DNA of 64,000 nucleotides, taken from contig NW_025767533.1 of assembly GCF_003918875.1 (NCBI RefSeq), positions 248,001-312,000 on the forward strand, in the 5' to 3' direction. The notes under the pieces were generated by a model, which was not told the origin of the DNA, did no database searches, and saw only the letters and a program-made list of their open reading frames with translations. Shown piece by piece: positions 25,123-38,550 of this stretch. Source of the DNA: Haliotis rubra (Eukaryota). Position 1 is the stretch's first letter. Each line of letters opens with the position of its first letter. The translations under genes were made by a program, and so were the position numbers.

Positions 25123-26392
25123 CAGTTATATCATCGACATCATTTGTAGGTTCGATATCTTTGAAGAAGTCCCAGCTATATAACAGGGTCAGGTGTTCTA
25201 AACTAAAACAAAACTGAATGACTTAATCTTTCGAGGTTCGGGGAAACCAGGTTACAAAAACAAAATCAACTTCAACATACTAGTTAATATGTTACGTGTC
25301 CATAACACAATGACGTCATAGCGTATCTTTCAAACAAGTGTAATATATTTCTAGGTCGTAGGACAACACATGGCCTGACAATTGGTTTGTTTGTTTCCCA
25401 ATGTATATTTGGAAATTATTTTCGGCCTGTAAAGCTGACAAATGATGTTTGTATACCCTCGTAAGGGTCAGCATTATATGGACCACAGTCTCTTGGATGT
25501 GCAATACATTGCAGAAAACATTAATGGATGTTGACATGGTGGTTCGAGATGACAGCAGGTGTATATGTGGGACTGACTTGTTGTTATCAATTTTACAGTG
25601 GTTTTAAACAATATTCCAGCAATATCACGGCGGGGCACACCAGGAATGGGTCTCACACATTTTACTCATGTCCTCTACTTGACGAGTGAACGCTTTAACC
25701 ACTAGGCCACCAGGCCGCCTCGGTTACTTTCAGCTTTAATAATATAACTTGCTTTATCATTGTACAGTCGGTCTGTCTGTGCATAAATATGTTTTCCTTC
25801 TCACTGTGACTGGGATATACTGATCGTGGCTTGACGGTAAAGTGGACTGGGACAATCTGCGTTGTTAATTAGAACTGAAAGATCATCAGACCGGTGACCA
25901 CCACCATAAATACACCCCGTTGCATAATATTTTATATAACGTACATAGCTTCTTTTATCTTCATCACTAAATATCCTTCATCACCTCTTGCCTTATTTAA
26001 AGATGGAAACAGTAAGGACATACATTTTTGTATTTTAATGGATACTAGATATTTAATGGATTAAACACAAAGTTACCTCATACAATTTAGTAAGTTACAT
26101 GCAAGATATTCAGCTCAGAGATCAACCTACAGAGACGAGGTGCAGTAGTTATTGTCACATTATACACAGAAGCATTGGCAGAGAGCCACACATGTGATCT
26201 TCTACCGATACAGCCCAGTACATGTATACCTGTTCTTGACAACTCATAGCTATAAATATAATCTCACTTTGACTCAGCGACACTTACACAGGACAGGTAG
26301 ATCGACAGGTGGCGCGTTTCGGCGGGTAGAGGGTATTGTAACATGCACTGATTAATTCATGGTTGTATCCTAAACGACGGATGATACCCGAT

Positions 26393-28259
26393 ATGTTCCA
26401 TCTGCTCATCATTATTCATCTGACTGTCATCGGTAAGGAATTATCACCTGTAATCTTGAACAAGTATTGTAATAATAGGACGACATTTGTGTGTGTCTGT
26501 CCCGGTGAGACTACACCACATTTGTCCTGTAGATGCCATGTGTTTTAAAAGATATGTTCACTTATCAGATTTATCTAAATACAACTGTTCACATTTGAAG
26601 TATTCATGTTCATATAAACCGTTTGGGTGTTCATCTCCTTATACATTTAATGAGTCAGATCTACATTCTGTATATAGTCATGTGGTTAGGGCAGTTAGAT
26701 GTACATGGTTACAACATCTAGAATCATTCAGAAGTACTGAATCCTATTATGATCCTATCACAGTCTATTTCGTGAACTCCACAGGTGCCGCTTCACTAAC
26801 CCCTGATTCAAACCTCACTCGATGTTCCAATGGATGCCAGGAACGATATGGCGGGTTGACCTGCCAAGCATGTATTGGCGAATGTTATGGGGAAAGGTGC
26901 ACACAGCACTGCAGCAACTGTGACAGGGATGAGTGTCACAGACATACGGGTGAATGCTATAGATGTAAACCTGGCTACTACGGCAGGGCATGTGATACCA
27001 GATGTCCTGGACATTGCTGGGACACTACAACGAAACATCATGCTTTCTGTGACCGACATACAGGTAGATGCTCACAAACATGCACAGAGGGATATTACGG
27101 CGAGTCATGTAAACAGGAATGTCCCGGCCTCTGTTTACATTCTATCTGTGACAAGCAAACAGGACACTGTCTCCGAGGTTGTCACCGTGGCTGGAGAGGC
27201 TCCCGATGCAAGAAGAAATGCCCTACAAACTGTCTGAGAGGCAAATGTAACACCGATGGCACATGCAAGGATGGCTGTACGCCTGGGTTCCATGGACTGA
27301 TGTGTAACGAGAGATGTTCCAACTGTTACTCTTCTGGATGCGACAGACTGTCGGGAAGATGTGACCAGTGTCGTCCGGGCAACTGTGGGGACAAGTGTGA
27401 CAAAACATGCAACAGTGGGTGTTATACTGAACGGGACGGCTCAACCAATTGTCACCGCGATACAGGAACATGCTCAGGTGGATGTAAGGATGGATGGCAT
27501 GGAACACATTGTAATCTCACGTGCAGCGCTACATGTAAAACTGCATTGTGTTATCGTGACGGCTCCTGTTACGAAGGCTGCCAAAATGGCTGGAAAGGGT
27601 CATCCTGCAACGAGAGAATGTGCTCATCAAACTGCCTCAACGATATCTGCAAAGGCGATGGAAGATGTACACATGGATGTAAACCCGGTTTCCATGGTGA
27701 CACTTGCGATACGAAGAGGTGTTCATACCCAGGGTGTTACCATGTCAACCCGGATGATTGTGGTCCGGGTGTTTACGGCGAAACGTGCGAATTGTCATGC
27801 AGCACCAACTGTAAAGCAGGGCCGGACAATCTAAAACGTTGCCACAAAGTCACTGGTAGTTGTACGCACGGCTGTCTGGCTGGTTGGCAAGGCGACTACT
27901 GTGATAGAAGCTGCAAAAGACAAAGAAGAAGTCTGGAGGTGGACAAAGACGAAATACATTGCTCGGAACAACTGCTTAAATCAGGTTGGGGGCCACTTTG
28001 ACCTTGACTTCATTTGTTTGAACCAAGAAAACAAAGCTTTTGTTTTCTTTTTCATAATTTTTGAGAATTTACTTTCATAGCGTAATTGATCTTCATGATG
28101 TAATGGGATATCGATTCTCCTCGTCGCATCTATGTTACTCAGTCGTATTATTAGTAAAATGATTTATTGTGTTGTGTTGCAGCGGCTGATCAGAAGAAAG
28201 TGGCTGTGGTACTGTTACCGTTGATGCTGTCCCTCACACAGCGTCATCTACTTACCTAG
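26393..28259 (+). CDS. Multi-EGF-like protein gene 3, predicted GPI-anchored
   Basis: Signal exon 26393-26432 (MFHLLIIIHLTVI, g|gtaag). 1200-nt repeat exon 26785-27984. Last exon 28183-28259 (AADQKKVAVVLLPLMLSLTQRHLLT*). All introns are phase 1 GT-AG; AATAAA at 28581. Confidence 0.88.
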
Positions 28260-29359
28260 CAGCGCAGTGCCCGACATCCCCACCGCGTCAGCTTGCTGTT
28301 GGGTAACCTCGTGGTCATGTGGTTGTATCGAGGCATCTAAACTGCACTTGGAAGGGTGTGGTTAGACGATGTCCTTGAGAACACTGCTTGACATTCACTT
28401 CCCATCATCATACATTACATCGAATTAATACTCAGTTTTTCGGTTTTAGTCATTACTGGTACATGCTGATTAGAAAATACTGACCTACCTGTAGCTTTGG
28501 GTTTATGTGAAAGGAAACCAACGTAAATATTTTCAGAAGTATTTTGATATGAATACAGTTTTGTAATATGAACTATGAACAATAAAACCATGTAAAATAT
28601 ATCACACTCTCCCTGTGTTTTGGGTTCTGGTCGTTGTGATTTGACTCTCCGCGAACCACTTCTATTACTAGTTGGTTTGGAGGGTTTTGGGGTTTTTTTT
28701 CAGAAAGCTTTGTTATTTTCTTAAGACGGTTTAACACTTTACACTAATGATACGGTAAATTAATATTGCTATATTGCTATGTAAGGACGGATGTGTCGTC
28801 AATATCATCAAGTTCACTAGTTACGAAAACACCCTGCAATCGGATGACAAGACATTTATTTATCACTTAACTGGCCTTCATCAGCCCATGATTGCCGTCA
28901 GAGACGATTCTGGGTGGTCAGACTCATGGTTGGTGCATATCATCGAATCCTAGTCGCGTTGATGGGTGTTCATGATGCCAGTCACTGGATTGTATGGTCC
29001 AGGTTCGATTATTTACAGACCACCTTCGTATAGTTGGAATAGTGTCCAGTGCGGCGTTAAACAAACAAATACGGCACATGGCCTATTGACAGACATGTAT
29101 TGATATCTGCGTTGTACTTACACCTATCAACAGGAAGGGGTCTATCTATCCCTGAAGCCTAGTCTGTCTCACAGTCCCTGAACCACATTATTTTCCCTTC
29201 CATCCAGCTCTCCCTGCAACACTAAAGCTCTAAATGAAGCAAGTCTAGATTTCCTCATGTTCTGAATCTCCCATCTCACTGGGGCTCCTTTCCAATTTAA
29301 ATGGGATTATTGGTTACTATCCAAATGTTATGTATTGAGAGACTAAGCGTTAGTCTACC

Positions 29360-30425
29360 TGAAGCCATGCAGCTCTGGTCGTTCCTATCCAGATAGGGAT
29401 AGCCCTCAACCTTAATGAAGCCATGCAGCTCTGGTCGTTCCTATCCAGATAGGGATAGCACTCAACCTTAATGAAGCCATGCAGCTCTGGTCGTTCCTAT
29501 CCAGATAGGGATAGCACTCAACCTTAATGAAGCCATGCAGCTCTGGTCGTTCCTATCCAGATAGGGATAGCACTCAACCTTAATGAAGCCATGCAGCTCT
29601 GGTTGTTCCTATCCAGATAGGGATAGCACTCAACCTTAATGAAGCCATGCAGCTCTGGTTGTTCCTATCCAGATAGGGATAGCCCTCAACCTTAATGAAG
29701 CCATGCAGCTCTGGTCGTTCCTATCCAGCTAGGGATAGCACTCAACCTTATTGAAGCCATGCAGCTCTGGTTGTTCCTATCCAGATAGGGATAGCACTCA
29801 ACCTTAATGAAGCCATGCAGCTCTGGTTGTTCCTATCCAGATAGGGATAGCACTCAACCTTAATGAAGCCATGCAGCTCTGGTTGTTCCTATCCAGATAG
29901 GGATAGCCCTCAACCTTAATGAAGCCATGCAGCTCTGGTCGTTCCTATCCAGATAGGGATAGCACTCAACCTTAATGAAGCCATGCAGCTCTGGTCGTTC
30001 CTATCCAGATAGGGATAGCACTCACCCTTAATGAAGCCATGCAGCTCTGGTTGTTCCTATCCAGCTAGGGATAGCACTCAACCTTAATGAAGCCATGCAG
30101 CTCTGGTCGTTCCTATCCAGCTAGGGATAGCCCTCAACCTTAATGAAGCCATGCAGCTCTGGTCGTTCCTATCCAGATGGTGATAGCCCTCAACCTTAAT
30201 GAAGCCATGCAGCTCTGGTCGTTCCTATCCAGCTAGGGATAGCACTCAACCTTAATGAAGCCATGCAGCTCTGGTCGTTCCTATCCAGCTAGGGATAGCA
30301 CTCAACCTTAATGAAGCCATGCAGCTCTGGTCGTTCCTATCCAGCTAGGGATAGCACTCAACCTTAATGAAGCCATGCAGCTCTGGTCGTTCCTATCCAG
30401 ATAGGGATAGCACTCAACCTTAATG
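29360..30425. repeat. 56-bp minisatellite, about 19 copies
   Basis: Unit gaagccatgcagctctggtcgttcctatccagatagggatagcactcaaccttaat. Confidence 0.95.
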
Positions 30426-32499
30426 ATAACGTTTATGTACACACTAACATAGCGGGCTTTCCCTTTTTGTTTTTGTGCAAACCATTTAAATATGTTTCTG
30501 TGTATTTTCATTATTCCTAAATACTTAATTGTTTTGATTGTCAAGTGCGCCGAAAATCTCCTTTAGTTTACTGGATTTACAAACATTTGGTATATCCCCA
30601 TTATTCAATACTATATATAAGCATGAAAAACACGACTGTTGGAAGTGCTCATATATTACAATTTGGTAATCTGAGAGGAATACACAATACCGGAAAGTAT
30701 GTTCACCATGGCTACTCCACCAAAACCTAAATCACCTAGTTGTCAAATAAAAACCCACTAGCGATCACATCAGTACCTGGTGTAACAACCACTCACACAG
30801 TTAACATGGACCAGTCTCCTATTATACCAGCAAGGGAGCGTCGTCTTCTAGGCATCGGACTTCTCTACCATTCCTCATGGGTTGTGCCTCAGTTCCTGCA
30901 GAAGGATCTCCATCTCGAACTTGGCGTCCAAGATAGTCCCAAAGATGTTCGATGGGGGTTCATATCGGGGCTCCTTGTAGGTCCTGGTAATGTTTTCATG
31001 GCGTTGTTCTTGGTTATTATCTCAATTTCTAAAAATGCCCTTGGATTCAATTTGCACATTAATTAATGCTCACGTGATCTCATCGGTTAAAGACAGACAT
31101 CAACGAGTAAAGGTCCTCTTGTTAACGGAACAAATACCCCCATAACGCCAAAAGAATATGATGAAACTTTTAATACCTATTCGCTTCGCTGACAAACCTC
31201 GATACAATCCAATATATGTCTCTACAAAGAGTGGGACGAGCATGTATGTACCACACATACGACGAGTAAACCATACATGTTTATCCACAGTATAAGTGTT
31301 CAATTGTGTTATTGGGTTCTATTTTGCCTACATGTTTCGTTATTTCAGGGATGGTGGAACTAATTTTTACAACGTAGGCAACAATATTCCCGTTACATAG
31401 GGAGAATGTCTAAGACCTCTGAAAATATAAAATAATCAGGTAAACTCGGTGGTTGATGTCATGAACAAGTCTATTGACAATGACAACCAATCCGTCTGGT
31501 CCCGTTATATCCCCATGGTACCAGGAACCTTGCTGTTCAGGAATACCTACAGGGCAGACAGACGTGGAAAAAGGTGGAATATCTCCCGTTAACGTATTGA
31601 GAACTTGACGTTATTGTCTTGGACCCCAGTACGTGATCAGTCGGTGTTAATGGGGTAAAGTACATACTAAATCAGTAGATAAAATACAGATAGGTATGAC
31701 AGAGTGACATGTGCAGCTAGACTGACATGCGCAGCAGACCGGCGCATGATAACCCTGTACACTTAAGTCGATACTTACCGTACTTCGCATTAGATCATAT
31801 TACAATGTGCACAAATTCGGCATTCAAATAATTAAAAAACTATAACACGCATCGACGCCGTTTTTCTCCATTCATTAACGCAAATGCATGTGCCTATCAG
31901 GATGGACATAATGAATCAGATGTATTTGTCAACAAAACACCAATTTGGTTGTTTGCAGTAAGTTAGTTCACTAAATAAAATATCCAAATATGTATTGTTC
32001 GGCTGACAGTTTTACCACAAATGGAAGGAAATCTGACCTTCATTTATACAGGGAGTGATAATCCTATCCACCTACCAAAACAGACAACATTATTTATCCG
32101 ATACAAAACATTTAGATTAAAGATTTTAATGATTAAGAATACAAATGAAATACAATCATTTCACATATGAGACACCGTATTGAAATGTAAACCAGAAAAG
32201 AAAGCAGAAAGACGGGTTTAGGCATGCTTCGTGCTGTTGGCAGCCCGCCAGACATAGAGTCAGATCTTTAAAATCAAGCAGTGTTTAAAATGACAAGTCA
32301 TAGTTATATATAGAGCACCTGTAGTATCAAAGTGTACACTGGTCCAGGTGAGCGGTTCTGGGCCCGCATAAGCTGCACATCTACCAGGCGATAGTGTTCC
32401 CTCCAGCGGACACCCCAAACACTGGGACACGGTGATGTGTTTTCTCCGATACTTTACATTTGAAAAACAACACTCGTATTGATGTTTCATCTTTGGAAG

Positions 32500-35081
32500 A
32501 TGGAAAGATTTCTCAGTCGCATTGTGACTATCATCGCTTTGATATACGCATGTGTTCATGGTAAGAAGTTTCTTAATCAGTTTCAAGTGTATGTTTGTTT
32601 GTTGGTTAACGCCGCAAGCAGCAATGTTCAAGCTGTGTAAGGCGGCAATTTGAAGTGACTGTAGTATTATGCCGCTTTTAGCAATATTCCAGCAGTATCA
32701 CGGGGACGGCACCAGAAATGGGCTTCACATATTGTACCCATGTGGGATGTGGGGAATCGAGCCCGGGCCTTCGATTCGGTGCGGCGAGCGAACGTTTTAA
32801 CCACTGTATGCTGTATGGTGTATATGAATCGTATGAAATATCGCCTTTCACCAGTAAATTATCACTTCTTCCTTCAATACCCGTGAAGATCGGGGTTAGA
32901 ATTGGTCAGGATTGGTCTTCAGCAACCCATGCTTGTCGTAAAAGGCAACTAACGGGATCGGGTGGTCAAGCTCGCTGACTTGGTTGACACATGTCATCAT
33001 ATTTAAATTGCGAAGATCGATGCTTATGTTGTTGATCACTGGATTGTCTGGACCAGACTCGATTATTTACACACCGCCGGAATATTGCTGAATGCGACGT
33101 AAAACTAAACTCACTCACTCCCTCACTTCTTTCAGCATAATGCAAATATACCAGATTTAAAGCTTGGACCTTAAGTTACTAGTATAAAGCTATCAAAAAT
33201 GAAATATTCCATTGTGAATTGTCTAACACTCTTGATGTTATTCCACAGGAATCACCGGCAAATGTAGTGATGGGTGCACCGCTCCGTATGGGGGGATTAA
33301 CTTGTCAAGCGTGCCGACACGGTTGCTTTGGAGACAGGTGTACCAAACACTGCAGCCACTGTGACACTGGCGGGTGTGACAGAGATACGGGCAGGTGTTA
33401 CAGATGTAAACCAGGTTACTATGGTGACGACTGCAGCACTCTGTGTCCAGTAGACTGTCCTGCAGATTACAAGGGTCAATATTATTGCAACAGAACCACG
33501 GGGAGCTGTATGGAGACCTGCCCCAAGGGACACTTCGGGAACACATGCCAGAACCCTTGTCCACAACACTGCAAACACTCGTCTTGTGCCAAAACCAATG
33601 GGGACTGTCTTGCTGGCTGTGAGCATGGGTGGACGGGGTCTTTCTGTCGTGAGAAGTGCTCTGCCCATTGTCTGCGAGGAATATGCCACATCGACGGCAA
33701 GTGCAAAGAGGGATGCGAAGCTGGTTACTATGGATGGTTCTGTGACCAGAAATGTTCCAACTGTTACACCACAGGATGTGACAGATTTTCAGGAAGATGT
33801 GATCAATGCTTACCTGGTCTCCATGGCGACAACTGTAACATGACATGCAGTAACTACTGTTACACAGAACGGGATGGCTACAGGCACTGTGCGCGAGAAG
33901 ACGGAAAGTGTTTACAGGGATGTATACGCGGACGACATGGATCTCACTGTGGAAGAAAGTGTAGCATCAACTGTAAGAATTCCGCATGCTATCCAGAAGA
34001 CGGGTCTTGCGTTGACGGTTGTACGCACGGACGGAAAGGGTCTTTCTGTAACCAAACCTGCTCGAACCATTGTCGAACTGGCGCCTGTTATACAGATGGA
34101 AGATGTAAATATGGATGCGAACCAGGGTTCTATGGTCTATTTTGTGATCGGCAATGTCCACACTGTGATAGTACGGGATGCGACAGAACATCGGGCAGGT
34201 GTGAGGAATGCTCCCCGGGCAGATATGGCAACGGTTGCAATCAGATGTGCAACAACTGTTATGCAGGACGATATAGTTCGGGTATTTGTCAGCGGGAAAC
34301 CGGAAGATGTCTAGAGGGATGTAAGGACGGTTGGTATGGACCAACATGCAGTCAGCGATGCAACCAGAACTGTAGACCCCAGATCTGTAATACAGATGGC
34401 GCCTGTATAAATGGCTGTATGCATGGATGGAGTGGAACCCACTGCAATATCACGTGTCCTGGCAACTGTTTCGATCACGACTGCCTCACTGATGGAAGGT
34501 GTAAGCAGGGATGCAGGGATGGGTTCTCAGGAAGATTCTGCGAGGAAGAATGTCCTACTTGTAAAACTTACAGGATTCATGTAATTGAGCCTTTCACAAG
34601 TAGTGAGTCGTCTCATCTAGCGCCCATATCAGGTACGAGTTTCAAATCTACAAACATATATTTCTGATATCTAAATATAAACAATGGATCTGTGAAGTAC
34701 GCAACTTTGAACAGTTCACATGATGTTACCTTCTGACATACAGATAATGAGCTGTGTATATATAATATACTGGACAAATATAGCTAGGGATCTATGTAAA
34801 TTTTGAAATTATGAATAATGATCTATTTATTCATTGACACACTGATAAAATATCAATCATAAAAATACCAATATCCCTAACTTATTTTGTCCAGTATAGA
34901 TGAAAGACATGTTTTACTTTATTTGATTGAACCATTTGTGTTAAGTTATGATATTTATTGATAACTTGTAAAGGTTTCCCAATTTTAAATGAGCATTCAT
35001 GTTACAGGGATTTGGATTCAAGTGGCTGCCATCGTGGTTTGGGCGTATCACCGCTGTCCAGTGGGCTGCCAGGACATCTGA
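32500..35081 (+). CDS. Multi-EGF-like protein gene 4, GPI-anchored or short-tailed membrane form (one +1 frameshift in the assembly)
   Basis: Signal exon 32500-32560 (MERFLSRIVTIIALIYACVH, g|gtaag; in-frame upstream ATG at 32482). Repeat exon 33249-34632 (1384 nt, extra G in run 33290-95). Last exon 35008-35081 (GIWIQVAAIVVWAYHRCPVGCQDI*). Confidence 0.85.
32655..33120. mobile_element. SINE B (minus, 32655-32805) and SINE A (plus, 32879-33120) in intron 1 of gene 4
   Basis: Both match the other family copies in the window. Confidence 0.8.
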
Positions 35082-35913
35082 ACTGCAATCACGTCGGGGG
35101 TAGTTAGAAGGGTCCTGGACAGAACACTGACAGCTGAACCAACGTACGAGCACATACGTGACTGATATCCGCTCTGATGACACCATCCACACAAAGAACG
35201 AATGCATCGTAACTAATTACGGATATGCATTCAATCAATGTATAAATTGTATATTCTTGTACATTTTGTTTGACTGTGTACAGATGTGTTTATGTAAATA
35301 TGTCAGAACACTGTACATATAAATTTCCTCAAATTGAGTAAATTTGTATTTATATATTTTCATGTGTGTATAATCATTGTGAACAACAATGTGAGAAAAC
35401 ATAACTTTATAAACATAAGGACATTCTAAAGTTTGTTCCTGAATGTAAAAAGATGACAATAAATTTATTTTATAAAAAAAACTTTGTTTAATAAATTTCC
35501 CTTTTGGGATTTGGGTTAAAATCAGGCCCAGAATGCATGCAAGGTAACGAGTTTACTGAAGGACTAGTTGGTAAGACCATGGGATAATGGCGGTGTTTAG
35601 CCATCTTCGCAACAACGTCACTATCCATGCTATCATCCGCTGAATTGTTTGGTCCATAATTCATTGAGAACAAGCCAGAGCGTGCAAATAAGGCATGATG
35701 GGGCAGAAAAGAGAGACCAGTATCCCAACATCAAACCTTGCCACAGGAATAATTGTTGTCATTATTCTCATAGATCAGGGAAAGAGTTACCACCAGGTAA
35801 TTTACATTATGTAATTGTCAGTGGGATAATCAAATCTAGGACAGAAACTGGCGACTGCGTGATATGTGCTATAAACTGATATTATCACTCTCAAGAGTGT
35901 GGCTACCTGTTGC

Positions 35914-35985
35914 ACAGACAGACCAGAAGATACCCTTTGACACCGATTATTATCGGTGTCAAAGGGTATCTTCTGGTCTGTCTGT
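35914..35985. repeat. Perfect 34-bp inverted repeat with 4-nt loop
   Basis: acagacagaccagaagataccctttgacaccgat-tatt-atcggtgtcaaagggtatcttctggtctgtctgt. Confidence 0.95.
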
Positions 35986-37369
35986 TGCTGTTCTAATTTC
36001 AATACAAGTGTTCACCATGGTGCACTGCCTTGTATTGTAAGCTGTTAGATTTCCTCGTTCATTACACATCTTTCCCCTAAAGCACAACTATGGTAGTCTT
36101 CAGTTTGGGTATATCACGTTATCGGTTGAAGTTTTATTTACTAATATTCTAAATTTGGAGAATGTATCCCTGAATTATTCTAGTCCCAAAACGAGGTCTG
36201 AGAAGAACAAAATCAAGCTAGTGAGCTTGTGTTACATGTTTGTATATTAAAACTAACCACGCAGCTCGGTGAGATATACAACGTATTTGGTAACAACCGT
36301 TAAGTCTGCTGTGGTCAGTATGTGATCCCATCACGACGTATTGGCTTCATGCAGGAAGAGAATGAGCATGAGCACGGGTACGGTCCAGGCATGCCTGTCA
36401 TAGACCGAAATCAGGGATTCGAACCTCGACCACTGACTAAAAGGGAGGCCCTGAATCCCCTTCGCAATGTATCCACATCTGGGATCACTCACTCACACCA
36501 CTGGGTTTTGAGGTAATTAGGGTATGTATTGTTAGGATATTGATGGGGCATATATTTGAAGTAAACTGTGTTCATACAGCTACTTCACTCACTCACTCAT
36601 TCACTCATTCACTCATGATTCAGTCATGATGCAGTCATGGTGCATTCATGAAGGAAGACATTTGAATGTACCAAATATGTTTTACAAATGTTAACTTTGA
36701 TACCGTAATTTATAGTCTCCTTAAACGTGCACATTGTGCTGTAGATATATAGCAGCCGGTAACGACTACCACACACAGAGATTAGAAAGTCCAGAGTCTG
36801 AGAAGCAGGCAGTCGATTTGTGCACGTAACAGTTTCACTCCATAATCAATACACTAGCCTTTTTTGCTCACAGTACCGTATGACACATTGTCTTTATCTG
36901 CATGTGTGTGTCTCTGTGTGTGTGCGTGCATGCGTGTACGTCGAAAGTGATATCTGTTGATATACGTGCATGTATGTTTATAAAGCCTTTTCCACTAGTC
37001 TATTCAGAACATGTATGAACGACCGAACCTTAACTTGAGTTTATTTAAGATCGGGTTATCGGAGTTTGAGACACCTAGTACAGACATGACGTCAGCGATT
37101 GTCGAATGTAGATTAAGTGGGGTATATACACTCACTCGTGATTTCATATTGACAGAATGCAGTTATCAGTAATGTATTATGTAATGTAAGAGGGTTGCAA
37201 TAAAGAATAGATGGCACGTACCCAAGTTTTCAAACACGCTTATATTTAGCAAACCAAAAAACACAATGTCTTACGAGCACAAAGATTTACAGTGGTTCCC
37301 GGGACTGAATTCAGCCTTGAGTGTCAACGGTATTATATCTGTCAAATCGGTCTGTGGTCGTTGCGTGGT

Positions 37370-37560
37370 CAAAAGAATCACGACGTGTATGCCATTGGTC
37401 GTCGTGTGCAACAAAGGGATCCTCCTGTTCTGAACCTGGCCCAATTGGAAGCTGTTTTACACGAGGAATGGCGTAGACTGCCCCTTCAGAGGACCAGGAG
37501 GGGTATGAGGAGGAGAGTGCAGGAGGTTACACTCGGTATTGACCTTGAATCGTGTAAGAC
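37370..37560 (+). mobile_element. Tc1 transposase C-terminal remnant
   Basis: IGRRVQQRDPPVLNLAQLEAVLHEEWRRLP...MRRRV resembles the C-terminus of the Tc1 at 15100-16633. Confidence 0.6.
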
Positions 37561-38054
37561 ACGCAAAATGACATTTTGAATGTTCACATTCACCGATAAA
37601 TTCAACATAAAACATTCCAGGGCCATAGTTGTACAGACATGGTTTTGTATGAAAATAAGTGTGCTTTTTTCAAAATAGGCAATTATTCATCATAAACTCA
37701 ACATGGATTCCAATCATTTTGTCGTTTTTTATGAATCAAAGGATCATACAGGTCAGAAAAACGCATGGTTTTTTTTCAATCGTGGTCACCACGAGATGTT
37801 TTATGTAAGTGTTGAAAAAACCTATCATTCCAAAAATACTTAATTAAGTTCTTTGTGTATAAATGTATATTAAGGATATTACTGATACGAGACAAATGAG
37901 CAGGTGAGACAACTTGAATCAGCTTCAGTACCCTGCCCTCTTCCATGTTTCCATTGCTTTGACGACTGTGGGATGAAGACGTAGAACACAATTCGAAGGT
38001 TGAATAGTAAACATGGAGGACGAGTTACACGTTACAGAGTAGTAGTATTTATAT

Positions 38055-38550
38055 ATTTATTTTATTTATATATATTTATATAGTGCCAATATCCAGATCA
38101 CCTGCTCAAAGGCGCTTTGTTTTTCCCTCGACCATTGGATGTCAGTCTCAAATGGCACAACGCATTATCAATCTCAACTCCCTGGGGATCATACAACTCT
38201 TGCAGCCACTAGGCGCACCGAGTTAATGTGGCTTTCCCATCCTTACGAGGTACCCATTCACAGCTGGGTGGACTGGGACACGTAGTCACAGTATTTTGTC
38301 CAAGTTTACTGCACGTTGCTGTACCCGCAACTAGGTGTTTGCACGTATTCATGTGGCCACCATCTGGTCATATACCAACGGATTCGTGGTTTCGTTTAAG
38401 TGCACAGGGTTGTGTACTGTACACTAGGGGTTGTGACAACACTGAGAGAGTCTGCACGCAAAGTTGACTCCAAAGGTTTTTACGCCCGGTCACAGGTGGG
38501 CTCGATCCCGTCACCTCAGGTTCGCTGGATCACCCACCACGCCCTCGTAG
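38055..38550 (-). mobile_element. CORE-type SINE with L2-like tail
   Basis: Minus strand has cagtccacccagctgtgaatgggtacc and the tail aaagcgcctttgagcag...cactatataaat. A second tail copy lies at about 22495-22585. Confidence 0.65.

Noticed and set aside
26487-26784. N-terminal 100 aa of the 504-aa ORF
   Set aside because: It is intronic. The real signal exon is 26393-26432 and the acceptor is at 26785.
29360-30425. Regular repeat array with an internal hairpin, CRISPR-like at first glance
   Set aside because: Units are contiguous with no unique spacers, there are no cas genes, and the context is eukaryotic. The same applies to the 44-, 53- and 40-bp arrays.
30740-31066. Coding-looking segment after the 56-bp array
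   Set aside because: The minus frame has stops and no assignable family. It may be an old element remnant, but evidence is insufficient.
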